Positions 60,111 to 64,000 of a DNA stretch of 64,000 nucleotides are shown here, one piece after another. The DNA is from Macrostomum lignano (taxonomy: Eukaryota). The notes below the pieces were generated by a model, which was given only the letters and a program-made list of their open reading frames with translations, had not been told where the DNA came from and ran no database searches. The position numbers were made by a program, and so were the translations under genes. Each line of letters opens with the position of its first letter. Position 1 is the first letter of the stretch. The stretch is from contig NIVC01000371.1 of the NCBI GenBank assembly GCA_002269645.1, positions 124,001 to 188,000 of the forward strand, in the 5' to 3' direction.

Positions 60111-61039
60111 TGACCTAAGATGACACTCCCAAAAAATCGAATGTAAAAGAAGGCTCATAGGTTGCTGAAAGGTTCTTTTAAGCTACTTAGTTAAGATTTA
60201 AAAAATGAAAAAAACTCTTTACACTCGTAGCAGTCGATACGTGACACGATTTTTTTCTACTACTCTTAGAATCGTCTGGAAATTCTCTTTCTCTCTTCTC
60301 TCTCTGATATCCGTGATATTATGTCATCTTTTTACAATAACAAGCCCAGCCAGAACCCTCTGTAAACCTGTTGCTGTCATTTCCAATTAGAATAGAGCCA
60401 GAGAGTCAATAACAACATGCGAAATTAATATTCAACATTATCTGGGTATTAGTAACAAGGAGATTTTCCAATAATCTATGAGAAAATGTTGCAAGATATG
60501 AAACCCGATCCTACTTGCTCAGGTGTATCGAATATTCCATTAGATTTTGCTACCGTTGTTTAAAGATATGCTTGGCTCAGGACGGGAGGCATACCTGTCT
60601 ATATATGAGTATGTAGCCTTCACCTGTTGGATGAAAGGTAGGCTCCTCAGAATCCGGTTGACCAGCTGGGACACTGCAGCTAAGGTAAGGTAGCTGTCAC
60701 ACCTGTCCTGCCTTCTCTCATTAATATTTTCACTGCGATGCCTTGTTATTAAAAGCTGGCTGGCTTTGGATAATATGAGTCGCTGATATAATGTGAGCTG
60801 ATGCATGGCCAGCCAGTGATGGGGCTGAGCATCTCAAAATCCATCAATTCGCTTTCACTCGGCGATATCAGAGCCTGTTTTGGGCGGGGGGGTCTTTTTT
60901 GGCGAACCCATTGCTTTAAGAAGGAATCGTCTCGGGTCCCTCCACTCTTGCTCTTCTTACATCTTTCTGTCCCCTCCCTTTGGCTTCTCCCATCTCTTCA
61001 CTCTCTCCCTACACCCTGCCTTCTTTTTTAAACTAAACT

Positions 61040-61780
61040 ATCTTCCCTTTTCTCTCCCTCTCTTCTCCCCCTCTTCTCCCTCTTCTCCCCCCTCTTCTCT
61101 CCTCTTCCCCTGTTCTCCCCCTCTTCTCTCCCTGTTCTCCCTCTTCTCTCCTCTCTTCTCTCCCTCTTCTCCCTCTTCTCTTCCTCTTCTCCCCCCTCTT
61201 CTCTCCTCTTCCCCTGTTCTCCCCCTCTTCTCTCCCTGTTCTCCCTCTTCTCTCCTCTCTTCTCTCCCTCTTCTCCCCCCTCTTCTCTCCTCTTCCCCTG
61301 TTCTCCCCCTCTTCTCTCCCTGTTCTCCCTCTTCTCTCCTCTCTTCTCTCCCTCTTCTCCTTCTTCTCTTCCTCTTCTCCCTCTCTCTCTTCTCCCCCTC
61401 TTCTCCCCCTCTTCTCTCCCTCTTCTCCCTCTTCTCTTCCTCTTCTCTCCCTCTTCTCCCTCTCTCTCTTCTCTCCCCTCTTCTCCCCCTCTTCTCTCCC
61501 CTCTTCTCTCCCCTCTTCTCTCTCTCTCTTCTCTCCCCTCTTCTCCCCCTCTTCTCTCCCCTCTTCTCTCCCCTCTTCTCTCCCTCTTCTCTCCCCTATT
61601 CTCTCCCTCTTCTCTCCCCTTCTTTTTCTTCTCTTCTCTCCCCCTCCGCTCTCTTTTCTCCCCATATTCTCTTCCCGTCTCTCTCTCTCTCCATTCTCCC
61701 TTCCTCTTCTCTCTTCTCTTCTCTTCTTTATCTTCCATTCCTCCTCGTTCTCTTCATTTCTTTTCTCCCCTCACCTCTTT
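61040..61780. repeat. Pyrimidine-rich (CTCTT/CTCCC) low-complexity tract
   Basis: Almost exclusively C/T. It explains ORFs 60880-61926. Confidence 0.93.
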
Positions 61781-62455
61781 TGTCTCTCACTCTTTTCTCC
61801 AGTCTTTCAGTCTCCAGTCAAAATGTTAGCTTTTTTACTGCATGGATTATTATTCTTCCTGCACGGTCGCTATTCGAATCAGAGGCAAATTATTCATTTG
61901 CAGAGGCCAGTAGAACATTTTACTAGCGATTTACATGTACTAAATATAATCCTTCCGATTATATTCATCGTCACGTTTTTTTCCTGCCCCGGCCTTGCAT
62001 TTTGTTCAATCAATCCTTTCTTCCCTAAGAAGTGAAAGTTCTAGCTCGTATAAGATCAAAAAGCCCAGGCAGTTCAACAATTGACGGCAGCTTGGCGGCT
62101 TCTATAGCCATGCCATTGTTTTGCAACTCGCGGGGGTTGCTCTGTTGCTCCCCTCTTCTACTCTCGTTTTCTCTGTGCTTAATTTCGGACAAAACTGGCT
62201 TTCTTTCACTGCGACGGCGGCGGCGGCGGCTGTCGAGAGGTTAAAAATGGATTTCCTGGGTTGCTTGACATTTCTCTCTCACTATGAATTAGCAACTGCA
62301 GATCGAGTTGCATTTAGGCTGTGGCCCAGCTTCTGGAGTAGAGAGGGGGGCTTCGACACAGGGACCTCTTCTTTGATACTTGGACTGTTAAATAATCTTT
62401 TACCGCTAGTTAAGAGCTACGAGTACACAAGAGAAGTAGCTTGCAGAGCAGATTA

Positions 62456-62700
62456 CAGAGCAGCTCAGTGGTTAAACTGGTCTGACTCTCGTGCCACAGT
62501 GCCCTGGCCCCGGGCTCGATTCCGTCCGGAGTCACATCATTTGGGGCCTGGGACTACTAACTAACTAGCTAACTAAATAACTAACTAACTTACTTACTTA
62601 CTAATTAACTAACTAACTAACTGACTAACTAACAAACTGGCTAACTAGTTAATAAATTAACCTAATAAGTGACTGACTGACTTACTAGCTCGTAAATATC
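62456..62700 (+). mobile_element. tRNA-like SINE family 2 head followed by a (TAAC)n tract
   Basis: CAGAGCAGCTCAGTGGTTAAACTGGTCTGACTCTCGTGCCAC..GGCTCGATTCC aligns with 52356-52415. (CTAA)n runs from about 62555. Confidence 0.65.
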
Positions 62701-63589
62701 GAATTAATAAATAAATTTACTAAGCAAAACTGTACAAATTTTAGTGAAACCACCCTTTAAATTTGAATGTCGCTTCCAGTCCATATATACAAGAGGTCCC
62801 TGTCTCTCTGTGTTGGTGTTTTTGATAGGCCCACTGCGGCCTTGTGAATGGACTGCCAACTGGGTCAACTTGCACCCAAGCCTCTGAAACTGTGCCAGGA
62901 AAGTTTATATTATAGCGGAAGCTTGAATTGTTCGACATCAAATGTGTGCGCATAATTTTTGTGTGTATAACAGCATCTTTATGAGAAAAGGAACTTCTAA
63001 GAAGCAACACAATCATGGATTACGGACATTCCAGTTGCCTACTAATAGGTCAACGCTCCACGGTTTTGTGTGAGTCTTTTTCATTCTTCTTCTAACTGGA
63101 CGGCTGGCCAATCGATTTGACCTGTTTGTGGTTTTCAAGTTCTGACAGATCTGCTCTTTCGTCACACAGGCATTGTCCATTCATCACGTATTCAGGCAGG
63201 CCAAGTGCGCTTTGATGGATGCCTCGTCAGTCAAACAGGGCCTGCGGTAGGACAGAACAAGCCAGTTGCCGGCTGGCAGCCGCGATCTAACAAAAGAAGC
63301 TTTTATCCTCCCCTCGCCCAAGCACTGAAGCTATGGTATTGGTCTCTGATTGTCGGGAGCACTTTTTGCGGCTGTTTTATAGATGAATGCTGCTGCTGAA
63401 TTTCTAACTGGGTGTCGTGAATGGGATTTTGGGGATCTGAATTTTTTAGCACCCTCTTTGCTGCTTGCTTTCGGATGCAGTCTTTGAGGTTTGGCGCTTC
63501 CTTTCTTTGCATTTGAGCTCTGGCATCACCTAACTCAAATATGGCATCTGGCATCATAGAATTCTTATGTATATAGGGTTTGACATCAT

Positions 63590-64000
63590 CTCCCTCCCAT
63601 GTATTTGAGGTCTAGCATCATTTCCCTCCCATGTATTTGAAGTCTGGCAAAATCGCCCTGCCATGTATTTGAGGTCTGGCATCATCTCCCTCCCATGTAT
63701 TTGAGGTCTGGCATCATCTCCCTGCCGTGTATTTGGGGTCTGGCATCATCTCCCTGCCGTGTATTTGAGGTCTGGCATCATCTCCCTCCCGTGTATTTGA
63801 GGTCTGGCATCATCTCCCTCCCGTGTATTTGAGGTCTGGCATCATCTCCCTCCCGTGTATTTGAGGTCTGGCATCATCTCCCTCCCGTGTATTTGAGGTC
63901 TGGCATCATCTCCCTCCCGTGTATTTGAGGTCTGGCATCATCTCCCTCCCGTGTATTTGGGGTCTGGCATCATCTCCCTCCCGTGTATTTGAGGTCTGGC
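63590..64000. repeat. 32-bp minisatellite GTGTATTTGAGGTCTGGCATCATCTCCCTCCC, truncated by window end
   Basis: About 12 units. Confidence 0.95.

Noticed and set aside
60577-60690. Possible next exon of the unidentified gene (GREAYLSIYEYVAFTCWMK; donors at about 60638 and 60684)
   Set aside because: The acceptor is weak, the region is short and the composition is unlike the other exons. It cannot be supported without RNA data.
60880-61926. 210-348-aa ORFs rich in L/S/P or E/R/G
   Set aside because: They are translations of the C/T low-complexity tract.

Overview
Eukaryotic (animal) genomic DNA. GC-rich exons with poly-Ala/Gly runs, GT-AG introns and very dense intronic minisatellites resemble a Macrostomum-type flatworm; this is an inference from style only. 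Genes: (1) the 3' terminal exon of an integrin alpha on + (2797-4975) with one frameshift; (2) a convergent, complete, apparently intronless 1203-aa integrin alpha on - (7626-11237); (3) a 15-exon LRR/IQ-motif gene resembling LRRIQ1 on - (35771-22653, 1748 aa when spliced by hand); (4) head-to-head with it, a 7-exon SDA1/SDAD1 gene on + (37359-46657, 726 aa); (5) two putative exons of an unidentified Pro-rich/coiled-coil gene on + (49445-49565, 58938-59516). The rest is about 20 tandem arrays, two SINE families (one with a CORE-like domain), a two-copy MITE, and two GG-ended TIR elements with exact 8-bp target-site duplications (Merlin-like) in SDA1 intron 1. I did not find a clearly new multi-gene system. 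The best leads are repeat/splicing architectures and the unusual integrin pair. Exon coordinates were derived by hand from splice signals and frame continuity; repeat boundaries are approximate.
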